Source of the DNA: Erysipelotrichaceae bacterium
GTDB taxonomy: Bacteria > Bacillota_I > Bacilli_A > Erysipelotrichales > Erysipelotrichaceae
Direction: 5' to 3'
Length of the DNA: 64,000 bases
NCBI GenBank assembly: GCA_047971145.1
Contig: JBKDZL010000028.1
Span: 11,556 to 75,555 of the forward strand
The translations under genes and the position numbers were made by a program. How positions within the stretch are numbered: position 1 is the stretch's first letter; each line of letters opens with the position of its first letter. Under the pieces are notes generated by a model. It was not told the origin of the DNA. It saw only the letters and a program-made list of their open reading frames with translations, and searched no databases. This document shows, one piece after another, positions 56,039-64,000 of this stretch.

Positions 56039-56860
56039 CTAATTATTAGCCTTTAATTTACTAATTAGTGAGCTTATTAAATACACTATAATGGTAATGA
56101 TAACTATCACAGCACTGGTTGGTAAATCAAGAATAAAACCTAAAATAATACCTAAAATAATCGCAACTTCAGTAATTAAAATGGCAAATAATAAAGTCAG
56201 TTTTAAATTTTTTGCCAATTGAGCACTAGCTAGTAAAGGAATGCTAATTAAAGAGGAAACTAATAAAACTCCAATGGTCTCAATAGCAATAGTAATCGTA
56301 ATGGCTATTAAAATCATCATTAAATAACGATTTTTATCAACATTAATACCATAGAGTTTACTATACTCTTCGTCTAAGGATAATAAAATTATCTTTCTAT
56401 AATTACAAAAGATTACACCCAACATTAAAATCTCTACTATCAAAATCCAAAATAAATCTGCTCTAGCTATACCATTAATATTACCAAATAATAGATTAAA
56501 AATAGAAGCATTATAGCCACTAGATTTACTTAAAAAAATCATCGTTAAGGCTACACTTAATGAGTATACTATTAGGATAGACAGCTCTTTATAATTTTTA
56601 TACTTGTTTCTTAAATATTCAATTAAAATTGCACTAATGATGGTCCATATCAATGTTATCAAAATATTATAAATCATTGGCAAATTTAAAAGATTTACTA
56701 GTAAAATTGCCAGTGCCACTCCAGCCATATTAATATGGCCAAAACTATCCGCAATAAAAGTCATTTTCCTTAGTAAAATGATTATTCCTACCATTGGTAA
56801 AATAAGTCCAATCATTAAACCTGCCATTAAGGCATTTTGCATAAATTGATAACTAAACAT
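56039..56860 (-). CDS. Metal (Zn/Mn-type) ABC-3 family transporter permease
   Basis: 273 aa, polytopic, with FIADSFGHINMAGVALA as the ABC-3 signature. Confidence 0.85.
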   Translation of the reverse strand: MFSYQFMQNALMAGLMIGLILPMVGIIILLRKMTFIADSFGHINMAGVALAILLVNLLNLPMIYNILITLIWTIISAILIEYLRNKYKNYKELSILIVYSLSVALTMIFLSKSSGYNASIFNLLFGNINGIARADLFWILIVEILMLGVIFCNYRKIILLSLDEEYSKLYGINVDKNRYLMMILIAITITIAIETIGVLLVSSLISIPLLASAQLAKNLKLTLLFAILITEVAIILGIILGFILDLPTSAVIVIITIIVYLISSLISKLKANN

Positions 56861-57482
56861 GGCTCACCTGCTGTTTTAGTTGATTATTTTCTAAATTCAG
56901 ACTTTTGTTTACGTCTTTTTCTATTTCTTTTAAATGATGCGACACTACTATTATAGTTAAACCGTTTGTGTTTAGCTCTTTTAAAGTTGTGGCTAAATCA
57001 ACTCTACTCTTATCATCTAAGCCAGAATTGGGCTCATCTAATATTAAATAATCAATATCATGTAAAAGTGCTTTGCAAATATTAATTCTTTGTAATTGTC
57101 CTCCACTAAGATCATTAATATTCTTGTGTAAAAAATTTTGTAATTTGAATTGTTTGCTAAGTTTTTTTATTTTCTGCTGATCTTTTTGAATTAACTTAAA
57201 TAGCTCATATGCAGTTATTGGTAGCTCTGTTGTTTGATTTTTTATTTGTGGAACATAACCAATTTTTGACCATTCATTAAAACAATTTATGCAATTTCCG
57301 TTTATTTTTAACATATTGTGTTTTACTTTATACGCCCCAACTAAACACTTAATTAAAGTACTCTTACCAATACCATTAGGTCCTATGATGGCCAAATAAT
57401 CCCCATTGTTTATAGTTAAATTTAAATTATTTAAAATCATTTCTTGAGAAAAACCAAAAGATAAATTATTTATTTCGATCAT
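56853..57482 (-). CDS. Metal ABC transporter ATP-binding protein
   Basis: GPNGIGKST, LSGGQLQR, ILDEPNSGLD and VSHH. Confidence 0.88.
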   Translation of the reverse strand: MIEINNLSFGFSQEMILNNLNLTINNGDYLAIIGPNGIGKSTLIKCLVGAYKVKHNMLKINGNCINCFNEWSKIGYVPQIKNQTTELPITAYELFKLIQKDQQKIKKLSKQFKLQNFLHKNINDLSGGQLQRINICKALLHDIDYLILDEPNSGLDDKSRVDLATTLKELNTNGLTIIVVSHHLKEIEKDVNKSLNLENNQLKQQVSHV

Positions 57483-57496
57483 AAATATCCTTTCCT

Positions 57497-58390
57497 TTAA
57501 GAAAACTGAGCTAAATTATAAAGTAGCAGCTCTACCAAGCTTTGATACTCAGAAGTAGCAGTATTAAAGGTTGATAAATTATCAACAATTCTAATATCTA
57601 TATTTGTCTCAAGTGCTATTTGTTGAATAAGAGTGTTATTTATATTATTACTTTCAGCATAAATATAAGGGATATCATAACTTTTAATATTATCAATAAT
57701 CTGAGCTATTTCTGCACTACTAGGCTCATCATCATGGTGCACTCCATAAACACTAATATACTCTATACCATAAACTAAGTCATAATAAGCATAAGCATCA
57801 TGAGTCAAAATTAAGGGATAGCTTTGTACATCGGCAAATTTTTGATATTCTTGATCAGCCAAGTGTAGTTCCGCTGCTAGTATTTCGTAATTACTCTGAT
57901 AAATTTGAGTATTACTACTGTCTAATTCTATTAAAATATTTTTGATTTTTTCCGCTATTTGAATGTTTAAAAAAGGCGTTGTCCAAATATGTGCGTCATA
58001 TTCTTTGGTATTTTTGCCAGAATATAGCTTATTAATTGTAGGAATTATAGATTGAAAACTATCAAAATAAATCGTATCATTATCGCTATCAATGATTTGA
58101 CTAATACTTTTGTCTTCTTCTGCATTAGCATAAATTACTAAATCACTATTACTTATATCAGCTAATTCTTTAGCACTTAGCTCATAATTATGTCTATCAC
58201 TCCCTTCAGGATAGATATTGTTTACTGAGATTAAATCACCTGCTAATTGTTTAACTATTAACTCCGCAGCATAATAAGTAGTATACACTTCAAGTCTAGC
58301 TTCATTAGTTTTTGCACCCTCTTTTCTCGAGCAACCTAACAAACTAATTATTAAAAACATACTGATTATTATCCTAATTATTTTTTTCAT
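57497..58390 (-). CDS. Metal ABC transporter substrate-binding lipoprotein (ZnuA/AdcA/TroA family)
   Basis: Lipobox LLGC, plus DRHNYE, DAHIWT and THDAYAYY metal-ligand contexts. Confidence 0.85.
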   Translation of the reverse strand: MKKIIRIIISMFLIISLLGCSRKEGAKTNEARLEVYTTYYAAELIVKQLAGDLISVNNIYPEGSDRHNYELSAKELADISNSDLVIYANAEEDKSISQIIDSDNDTIYFDSFQSIIPTINKLYSGKNTKEYDAHIWTTPFLNIQIAEKIKNILIELDSSNTQIYQSNYEILAAELHLADQEYQKFADVQSYPLILTHDAYAYYDLVYGIEYISVYGVHHDDEPSSAEIAQIIDNIKSYDIPYIYAESNNINNTLIQQIALETNIDIRIVDNLSTFNTATSEYQSLVELLLYNLAQFS

Positions 58391-58431
58391 TTTTTCTCCC
58401 TTAATTTTTATTCACCCTTAAAATACTAATA

Positions 58432-59352
58432 TTATGGTTTCAGATGAGCGTCAACCCAACGCTGATTATTAAATAATTCACCATCATTTGAGAATATTTC
58501 TGCTGCTTTTAAGTCATTTTTTAAAGTATAACTAAACCAAGCATTTAAATAACCACTTTCAACATTCGCAACATTATGATCAGCACCATGCTGTCTAGCC
58601 ATCACTATTTTTTTCTGATTATTAACATTATTAAATGTTGATTCTAAAGAACTTAGTGGGGAGACAAAATCATCAAATTCTCCTGTACCGGAAGTCATAA
58701 AATATGGTATTTGTAATAATGATGTATCATAGGACCAATAAGAAAAAGGGCCAATACACAATGAGTGTTGGGGCAATGAAGTAGTATAGATAGCTTTGAA
58801 CATATCACTATTTTTAAATTGCGTAGCGGCATTTATTGCCCCTGCTGCTCCTTGTGAGTGTCCACCAACTCCTATTTTATCAGTATTTAATTTTTGATAA
58901 AAAATGCTGTTAAAATCGTCATTTAGCTCTCTCGCTAAGATTGCACTCTCATAAGCAGCATTGCCAGCACCACTATATTGATCATCATTTGCCACCACTA
59001 CAAAGCCATATGACGCTAAACTTTGAAGCATATTTTGATAATTTAGATATGTAGCTAGTGAACCATTACTCCAAACCACAACTGGATATAGCTCTTTAAG
59101 TTCACTTGGATAATAAATTGCATAATTGGTATTATTGACACTCAAGTACTCAACACTAACTTTTTGAATTACTTGAGAATAGTCCCATTCTAAATCGTTT
59201 TCTCCAACATTATGAGTAACTTTAATCTCACTCAGTGCTGCCTCACTTCCATTATTTATTTCAAACCAAACAGCAAATGAAAAAACTCCGGTTACTAGTA
59301 AAGTAAATATGCTCACAATAATAATGATTACTACTTTAAATTTCTTCATCAT
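58432..59352 (-). CDS. Membrane-anchored alpha/beta hydrolase (dienelactone-hydrolase / cutinase-like fold)
   Basis: N-terminal TM anchor. YPVVVWSNG...LASYGFVVVANDD, nucleophile elbow GGHSQGAAG, and later D and H candidates (DDFV, ADHN). Confidence 0.65.
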   Translation of the reverse strand: MMKKFKVVIIIIVSIFTLLVTGVFSFAVWFEINNGSEAALSEIKVTHNVGENDLEWDYSQVIQKVSVEYLSVNNTNYAIYYPSELKELYPVVVWSNGSLATYLNYQNMLQSLASYGFVVVANDDQYSGAGNAAYESAILARELNDDFNSIFYQKLNTDKIGVGGHSQGAAGAINAATQFKNSDMFKAIYTTSLPQHSLCIGPFSYWSYDTSLLQIPYFMTSGTGEFDDFVSPLSSLESTFNNVNNQKKIVMARQHGADHNVANVESGYLNAWFSYTLKNDLKAAEIFSNDGELFNNQRWVDAHLKP

Positions 59353-59600
59353 CTAAATTATACTATAAAATAGTAATATTATCATAGCTAGACATTATTT
59401 AGAGTTGATATGATTAAGCACAGCCATTTTAATTTGAATGATAGAATAGTGTTACAACCGATACTATCGGTTGTATGACAACTATTTATTATTTTATTTT
59501 TCTTGTAAAGAGCATTAAAACTAAACATTGATGCTATGAAAAACTTTGTCAGTAATGATTTTAAAATTTTACTTATAATATTTTTCCTCGATAATTAAAT

Positions 59601-62600
59601 TTATAGAGAAAATAAACTTAGCTGATTATCCTCAGGTAGATGTTCTATACATCCCAAATCACTCAAGTTCTTAATGATAGTTCCATTAACTCCTCCCCTA
59701 TCTTTTAAGTCCTTAATTGAAATAAATTCTTTATCAAGCCTTGCCTCGACTATTTTATTAGCCACACTCTCACCTAAGCCATCTAAGGAAGTAAAAGGAG
59801 GAATAATCTCCATCTCATTATCAGGATTAAAAATAAAGTCTGTTGCTTGAGATTTTTCTATTGAAATATTAGTAAAATAATAACCACGACAATACATTTC
59901 ATAAGCAACCTCTAAAACATTAACTAAACCTTTATCTTTATTACTTACATCTCTTTTGAGAATATCATCATCAAGTCTTTCTTTAATATCAGTAACTTTA
60001 TTAAAAATTTCATTTTTACCTTTAATCATTGTTACAATATCATAAACACTACATCTAATACTAAAGAAGCAGGCATAATAATAAGCAGGAGCATAAACTT
60101 TAAACCACGCAACTCTAATACACATTAGAGTATATGCCACAGCATGAGCTTTTGGGAAAAGATAAGCTATTTTTTTAGCTGATTCTAAATACCAATCCTG
60201 AACACCATGCTCTTTCATTGCTTTTTCCCACTCAGAGCTAATACCTTTTCCTTTTCTGACCGCTTCCATAATATCAAAGGCCATCTTAGAATCTAAGCCT
60301 TGTTTAATTAAGTACAACATAATATCATCACGACAACCAATAACCTCTTTTAAAGTTGCGACATCATCAGCAATGATCTTATCAGCATTATCACGCCAAT
60401 TTCCTGTACCATGAGAAATACCCGAAATAATTACTAATTCCTCAAAAGTAGTAGGTCTTGTGGCTTCTAAAATTCTTCGAACAAAATCAGTGCCAAACTC
60501 TGGTAGTCCTAATGCTCCAGTTTTCTGATTGTAGTGTGGATCATCAATATTTAGTGCTTCTGTTGAGTTAAACAAACTCAATACCTTAGCATCATTCATT
60601 GGTAACTTTGTGGAATCTATGCCACTGTTTTTTTGTAAAATATACATAGCAGTTGGATCAACATGTCCTAATAAATCTAATTTCAACAAATTATCATGAA
60701 TATCAGCAAAAGCAAAATGAGTAGTTTTCCAATTAGCATTAATGTCATTAGCAGGATATTGCACAGGAGTAAAATCATAAACAGAATAATCCTCAGGCAC
60801 AACAATAATACCACCTGGATGTTGACCTGTGGTTCTTTTAGTACCTTCAACATTACTAGCTAAATAATTTAAGTACAATCGCTGAGTTGTTCTGGTTGGT
60901 GGTATAGCAAGATTTTGACTCTCATAATAACCTAAAACATAGCCATAGGCAGTCTTATGAGCTACAGTTGATATAGTCCCAGCACGATATAAATTTTCTG
61001 CACCAAAAATAACTTTAGTATATTCATGAGCTCTCTCTTGATATAAAGAAGAAAAATTTAAGTCAATATCAGGCACTTTATCACCATTAAAACCTAAGAA
61101 AGTTTCAAAAGGTATATCCTGCCCATCACCAATTAATTTACTATGACAATGGGGACAATTTTTATCCGGCAAATCAAAACCAGATTTTTCAATACCATCA
61201 TCAAAGAATTCACTATATTGACAATCAGGACAATAATAATGAGGAACTAAAGGATTAACCTCAGTAATTTCACTCATCGTTGCCACCAAAGAGGAACCAA
61301 CTGATCCTCTTGATCCCACTAAATAACCATCATCTAAAGACTTTTTAACTAGTAAATGGGAAATATAATAAACCACTTGAAAACCATGACCTATAATACT
61401 ACTTAATTCTTTTTCTAGCCTTTGCTCGACTATTGTAGGCAAAGGATTTCCATATTGTTTTCTTGCATTAGTATAAGCAATATTTCTTAGCTTATCGGCA
61501 TCACCTTCAATTTTCGGAGGATAAAGTTTATCCTTGATTGGATAAACTCGCTCAATTTTGCTAGCTAATAAATTAGTGTTTTTGACCACAATTTCTTCAA
61601 CAAAATCAGAATCTAAATAACTATAGCCACTGCGCATTTTCTCAGTAGTATACAAATAACTATCAGGACTAGTAGTTTTTTCTCTTAATTCTTGATTAAA
61701 GTAATATAAAGGATGTCTAACACCTCCAATACCTGGTGCCGAAATCATAATATCTCTAAAAATCTTTTGATGTTTAAAAGTATAATGATTATCACTAGTT
61801 GCGACAATAATTTTTCCTTGTTTTTGCGCAGCCTTAATTAGTCTTTTAAGGGCTTTTATTAATAGTGATTGACTTTTAACAACACCTTTATCTAATAAGG
61901 GTTGATATGCCCAAAGTGGTTGTATTTCTATATAATCATAAAAATCAATAGCATGAGCTAATTGTGAATCTCGAGCGTTAATGGCTAAATCTATTAACTC
62001 ATTATTTTGACAACTAGAACCAATAAAAAGATTTGCTCTTAAAGCATTTAATTCTTTTCTTAATAAGCGTGGTTCAGTTCCCTCACCACTCTTAGATACT
62101 GCCATATATTTAATGTTTGATAAGCTTACCAATTCATACAAATCTTTTAAGCCCTCAGCATTTCTCACTAAGGCAGTGACATGAGTCTTAAAAGCTCGAG
62201 AGTAAAAATCTTCAGAACTAAAATCATTTAAATCATCGATAGTGGTTATGTTCAAATCACTTAATTGTTGTAATAAAGAGATAAAAACTCCATTTAAAAC
62301 TTCACAATCATAATCAGCTCGATGAGCAGCATCAGTATCATAATGCACACCTAAACTCTTAGCCACCCGACCTAAAGAAAAATATTTTCTATCAGTCAAT
62401 AAATTCTTAGCTAACGCTAGGGTATCAATCATATTGTTATTTAATTCTGTTTTATGAATATTAGCTAAAGCTTGATTTAAAAAATGAAAATCAAAACTAG
62501 CATTATGAGCCACTAAAGTATCATTACCAATAAAATCAATAATTCTTTGAACTTCTTGCTCAAAAGAATTAGCACTACTGACCATTTCATTAGTAATACC

Positions 62601-63872
62601 GGTCATACTACTAATAAAATCACTAATTGGGTTTTGGGGCTTAATAAAAATTTGTAAACTATCAACAACAGTACCAGCTCTAACTTTTATAGCACCAAAC
62701 TCTATTATCTCATCATTAACAGCAGAGAGACCTGTAGTCTCTAAATCAAAAACTATATAATCTAAATTTGCTAATTCCATATTTTTACTGTAATTAATTA
62801 AATTATCTAGCTTATCTTCTACCATGTTAAATTCAACTCCATAAATTAATTTAAAATTAGTTTCAGGATTGTTTTTAATGATTTTATTATGAACCATTTG
62901 AGCAGTTGGAAAAGCTTGGATAGCCATATGATCCGTGATTGCAATTCCTGATAGACCCATTTGATAAGCAGTATTAATTAATTCTTCAGTGCTACTAACA
63001 CCATCCATCTCACTATAAGTAGTATGGGAGTGCAGCTCTACTCTTGTATTATTTTCTTCATCTTTAATGATCAGATCATTATCAATATTTTCAATTTCTC
63101 TGGGATAAAAAACTAGCCCTTGATTGAATGTATTATATCTAATATCACCATAAAGACGACAAAAACTATTATTACTTAATGAAAATTTTGGCTTATCATT
63201 ATCACTAAAAACAGTAGCAGGCATTACTACCTTTTCATCAACAATATTGAAACTAGTGAGATTGTTGCCTTTTTTAGTAATACGCTCATCATCAATATCA
63301 AAAATAAAACCAGATAGCATTACATTAGCTAATTCATTTTCAACATCAGCTAATTTAATCTCTTTAAAATTTTTAGGATTAACTTTTAGTGACTTAGCTT
63401 TTTTAATAACTTTTCTGATTTTCTGCTCCGGTAGTTTAAGTTCAATATTAAAACTATCATTACTCCCAATAGTTTGTAAAAGTTCCGTTAACTGAAATTT
63501 GTTATCATTTAATTTAATAACATCACTTTCCTGATAGACTTGAATAGAATAACTGTTTCCTAAATCAATGACAAAATAATCAATATTATTTATCCCAAGA
63601 TTTCGTAAAAAGTAGTTAAAATAAGCTTCAAAATTTTTATTTAAAACTTGATCAGCAGCACTAATAACTAATATCACTTCTAACTTTAAAGTATCTTTAA
63701 GTTTGTTTAACAAATCAAGATAACAATCAAAACTTAAAACTCTTTTAACTTGAATATTAAAAGTAACACTCTTGTTAATTTTATCAAATAACACTTTATC
63801 TATTAGCTCAGATTCTTCTAATTCCATCAATGTTTTTTTATTTAAATCTATTTTACTAAAGGCTTTAATCAT
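59601..63872 (-). CDS. polC: DNA polymerase III PolC-type (alpha subunit with intrinsic 3'-5' exonuclease)
   Basis: 1423 aa. PHP domain (VELHSHTTYSEMDG), DEDDh exonuclease (VFDLETTGLS...AHNASFDFHF), Zn-finger CPDCQYSEF...CPHC, and a polymerase core. Confidence 0.97.
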   Translation of the reverse strand: MIKAFSKIDLNKKTLMELEESELIDKVLFDKINKSVTFNIQVKRVLSFDCYLDLLNKLKDTLKLEVILVISAADQVLNKNFEAYFNYFLRNLGINNIDYFVIDLGNSYSIQVYQESDVIKLNDNKFQLTELLQTIGSNDSFNIELKLPEQKIRKVIKKAKSLKVNPKNFKEIKLADVENELANVMLSGFIFDIDDERITKKGNNLTSFNIVDEKVVMPATVFSDNDKPKFSLSNNSFCRLYGDIRYNTFNQGLVFYPREIENIDNDLIIKDEENNTRVELHSHTTYSEMDGVSSTEELINTAYQMGLSGIAITDHMAIQAFPTAQMVHNKIIKNNPETNFKLIYGVEFNMVEDKLDNLINYSKNMELANLDYIVFDLETTGLSAVNDEIIEFGAIKVRAGTVVDSLQIFIKPQNPISDFISSMTGITNEMVSSANSFEQEVQRIIDFIGNDTLVAHNASFDFHFLNQALANIHKTELNNNMIDTLALAKNLLTDRKYFSLGRVAKSLGVHYDTDAAHRADYDCEVLNGVFISLLQQLSDLNITTIDDLNDFSSEDFYSRAFKTHVTALVRNAEGLKDLYELVSLSNIKYMAVSKSGEGTEPRLLRKELNALRANLFIGSSCQNNELIDLAINARDSQLAHAIDFYDYIEIQPLWAYQPLLDKGVVKSQSLLIKALKRLIKAAQKQGKIIVATSDNHYTFKHQKIFRDIMISAPGIGGVRHPLYYFNQELREKTTSPDSYLYTTEKMRSGYSYLDSDFVEEIVVKNTNLLASKIERVYPIKDKLYPPKIEGDADKLRNIAYTNARKQYGNPLPTIVEQRLEKELSSIIGHGFQVVYYISHLLVKKSLDDGYLVGSRGSVGSSLVATMSEITEVNPLVPHYYCPDCQYSEFFDDGIEKSGFDLPDKNCPHCHSKLIGDGQDIPFETFLGFNGDKVPDIDLNFSSLYQERAHEYTKVIFGAENLYRAGTISTVAHKTAYGYVLGYYESQNLAIPPTRTTQRLYLNYLASNVEGTKRTTGQHPGGIIVVPEDYSVYDFTPVQYPANDINANWKTTHFAFADIHDNLLKLDLLGHVDPTAMYILQKNSGIDSTKLPMNDAKVLSLFNSTEALNIDDPHYNQKTGALGLPEFGTDFVRRILEATRPTTFEELVIISGISHGTGNWRDNADKIIADDVATLKEVIGCRDDIMLYLIKQGLDSKMAFDIMEAVRKGKGISSEWEKAMKEHGVQDWYLESAKKIAYLFPKAHAVAYTLMCIRVAWFKVYAPAYYYACFFSIRCSVYDIVTMIKGKNEIFNKVTDIKERLDDDILKRDVSNKDKGLVNVLEVAYEMYCRGYYFTNISIEKSQATDFIFNPDNEMEIIPPFTSLDGLGESVANKIVEARLDKEFISIKDLKDRGGVNGTIIKNLSDLGCIEHLPEDNQLSLFSL

Positions 63873-64000
63873 TGGTTGCTACCTTTTCTAATGCAGATTT
63901 GGCAGCATTTTGTTCAGCTTCTTTTTTGCTTTTGCCACTGCCACTACCCAAGACAATTTTGTTTAAATAAACAATAGCTCTAAAGTTGTTGTTGTCGCCA
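63865..64000 (-). CDS. rnc: Ribonuclease III, C-terminal 44 codons only (dsRNA-binding domain); gene begins beyond the window
   Basis: Own translation: GDNNNFRAIVYLNKIVLGSGSGKSKKEAEQNAAKSALEKVATND*. The G-GxSKKEAEQxAA motif is the dsRBD end of RNase III. Overlaps the polC ATG by 8 nt. Confidence 0.8.
   Translation of the reverse strand, partial: GDNNNFRAIVYLNKIVLGSGSGKSKKEAEQNAAKSALEKVATND

Noticed and set aside
59370-59385. Near-palindrome ATAGTAATATTATCAT upstream of the hydrolase / metal-uptake genes as a Zur/AdcR box
   Set aside because: Only 6 of 8 positions per half-site are self-complementary. It lacks the central spacing of the TCGTAATnATTACGA-type Zur box and does not resemble the TTAACnnGTTAA AdcR site. 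In this AT-rich context chance is likely.
59454-59474. 9-bp perfect hairpin ACAACCGAT-act-ATCGGTTGT downstream of polC as a terminator
   Set aside because: On the polC (minus) strand no U-run follows it. The T-rich tract is on the plus strand, where no gene ends. It may be a weak or non-canonical terminator or a protein-binding site, but the evidence is insufficient.
59410-59478. Short plus-strand ORF (MIKHSHFNLNDRIVLQPILSVV) in the polC-hydrolase intergenic region, and a 20-codon ORF at 38397-38459
   Set aside because: Neither has a Shine-Dalgarno sequence or a recognisable motif, and their lengths are within random expectation for intergenic DNA.
1-64000. Possibility that TAA is reassigned or generally read through, given three in-frame TAA codons
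   Set aside because: TAA is the terminator I read at every gene end checked here (fmt, rpsT, holA, rnfA, the small rnf ORF, apt, the ABC ATPase and rnc), and TAG (recD2) and TGA (metal ATPase) also terminate genes. A global reassignment is not compatible with the otherwise normal ORF structure. Local readthrough or pseudogenisation remains possible and is reported as findings.
1-64000. Search for CRISPR arrays, tRNA/rRNA genes, IS elements, integrases, toxin-antitoxin or restriction-modification modules
   Set aside because: I found no direct-repeat/spacer arrays, no cloverleaf-like GC-rich segments in intergenic regions, and no transposase-, integrase- or recombinase-like ORFs. Every intergenic gap over 100 bp was read by eye and contains only promoter, terminator or leader elements. 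By-eye scanning cannot exclude small ncRNAs.

Overview
Visibly AT-rich bacterial chromosome segment. It uses the standard genetic code: Trp is TGG, and TAA, TAG and TGA all occur as genuine stops. Gene content and order look like a low-GC Firmicutes or wall-less Mollicutes relative (Acholeplasma- or Erysipelotrichia-like), but I cannot confirm taxonomy without a search. The window is densely packed with about 70 mostly minus-strand housekeeping genes. In order: lepA (5' end), an ECF S-component, fmt, a BlaI-family repressor, rpsT, sdaA, holA-comEC-comEA, greA, udk, mltG, ruvX, alaS with a T-box leader, recD2, mnmA and spx. Then an APC permease with trpS, an ABC exporter, pgi fused to a complete rnfCDGEA(+small ORF)B operon, nfu, an AI-2E transporter with nadE and an unknown P-loop protein, apt-deoD and sufCDSUB. 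Finally two PrsA-like proteins, HIT, flavodoxin, an AbgT transporter, a DtxR-regulated metal ABC uptake locus, galM, rlmA, an OYE reductase, a second metal ABC uptake operon, an alpha/beta hydrolase, polC and the 3' end of rnc. I saw no rRNA, tRNA, CRISPR array, IS element, prophage or recognisable defence system. This is core genome rather than an accessory island. The points most worth a second look are these. (1) Three clean in-frame TAA codons, with no frameshifts, interrupt two ABC-transporter genes. (2) The Rnf operon is atypical: RnfB is truncated to its N-terminal Fe-S domain, an unlisted 58-codon Cys/His-rich membrane ORF exactly fills the rnfA-rnfB gap, RnfG has a duplicated FMN-binding domain, and pgi abuts rnfC. 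(3) A 561-aa protein with an HPr-kinase-like P-loop is coupled to nadE. (4) Both metal ABC permeases carry DtxR-like winged-helix C-terminal extensions. (5) Paired DtxR-type operators sit on divergent promoters. All functional calls rest on motif recognition by eye and on synteny; no database search was possible.
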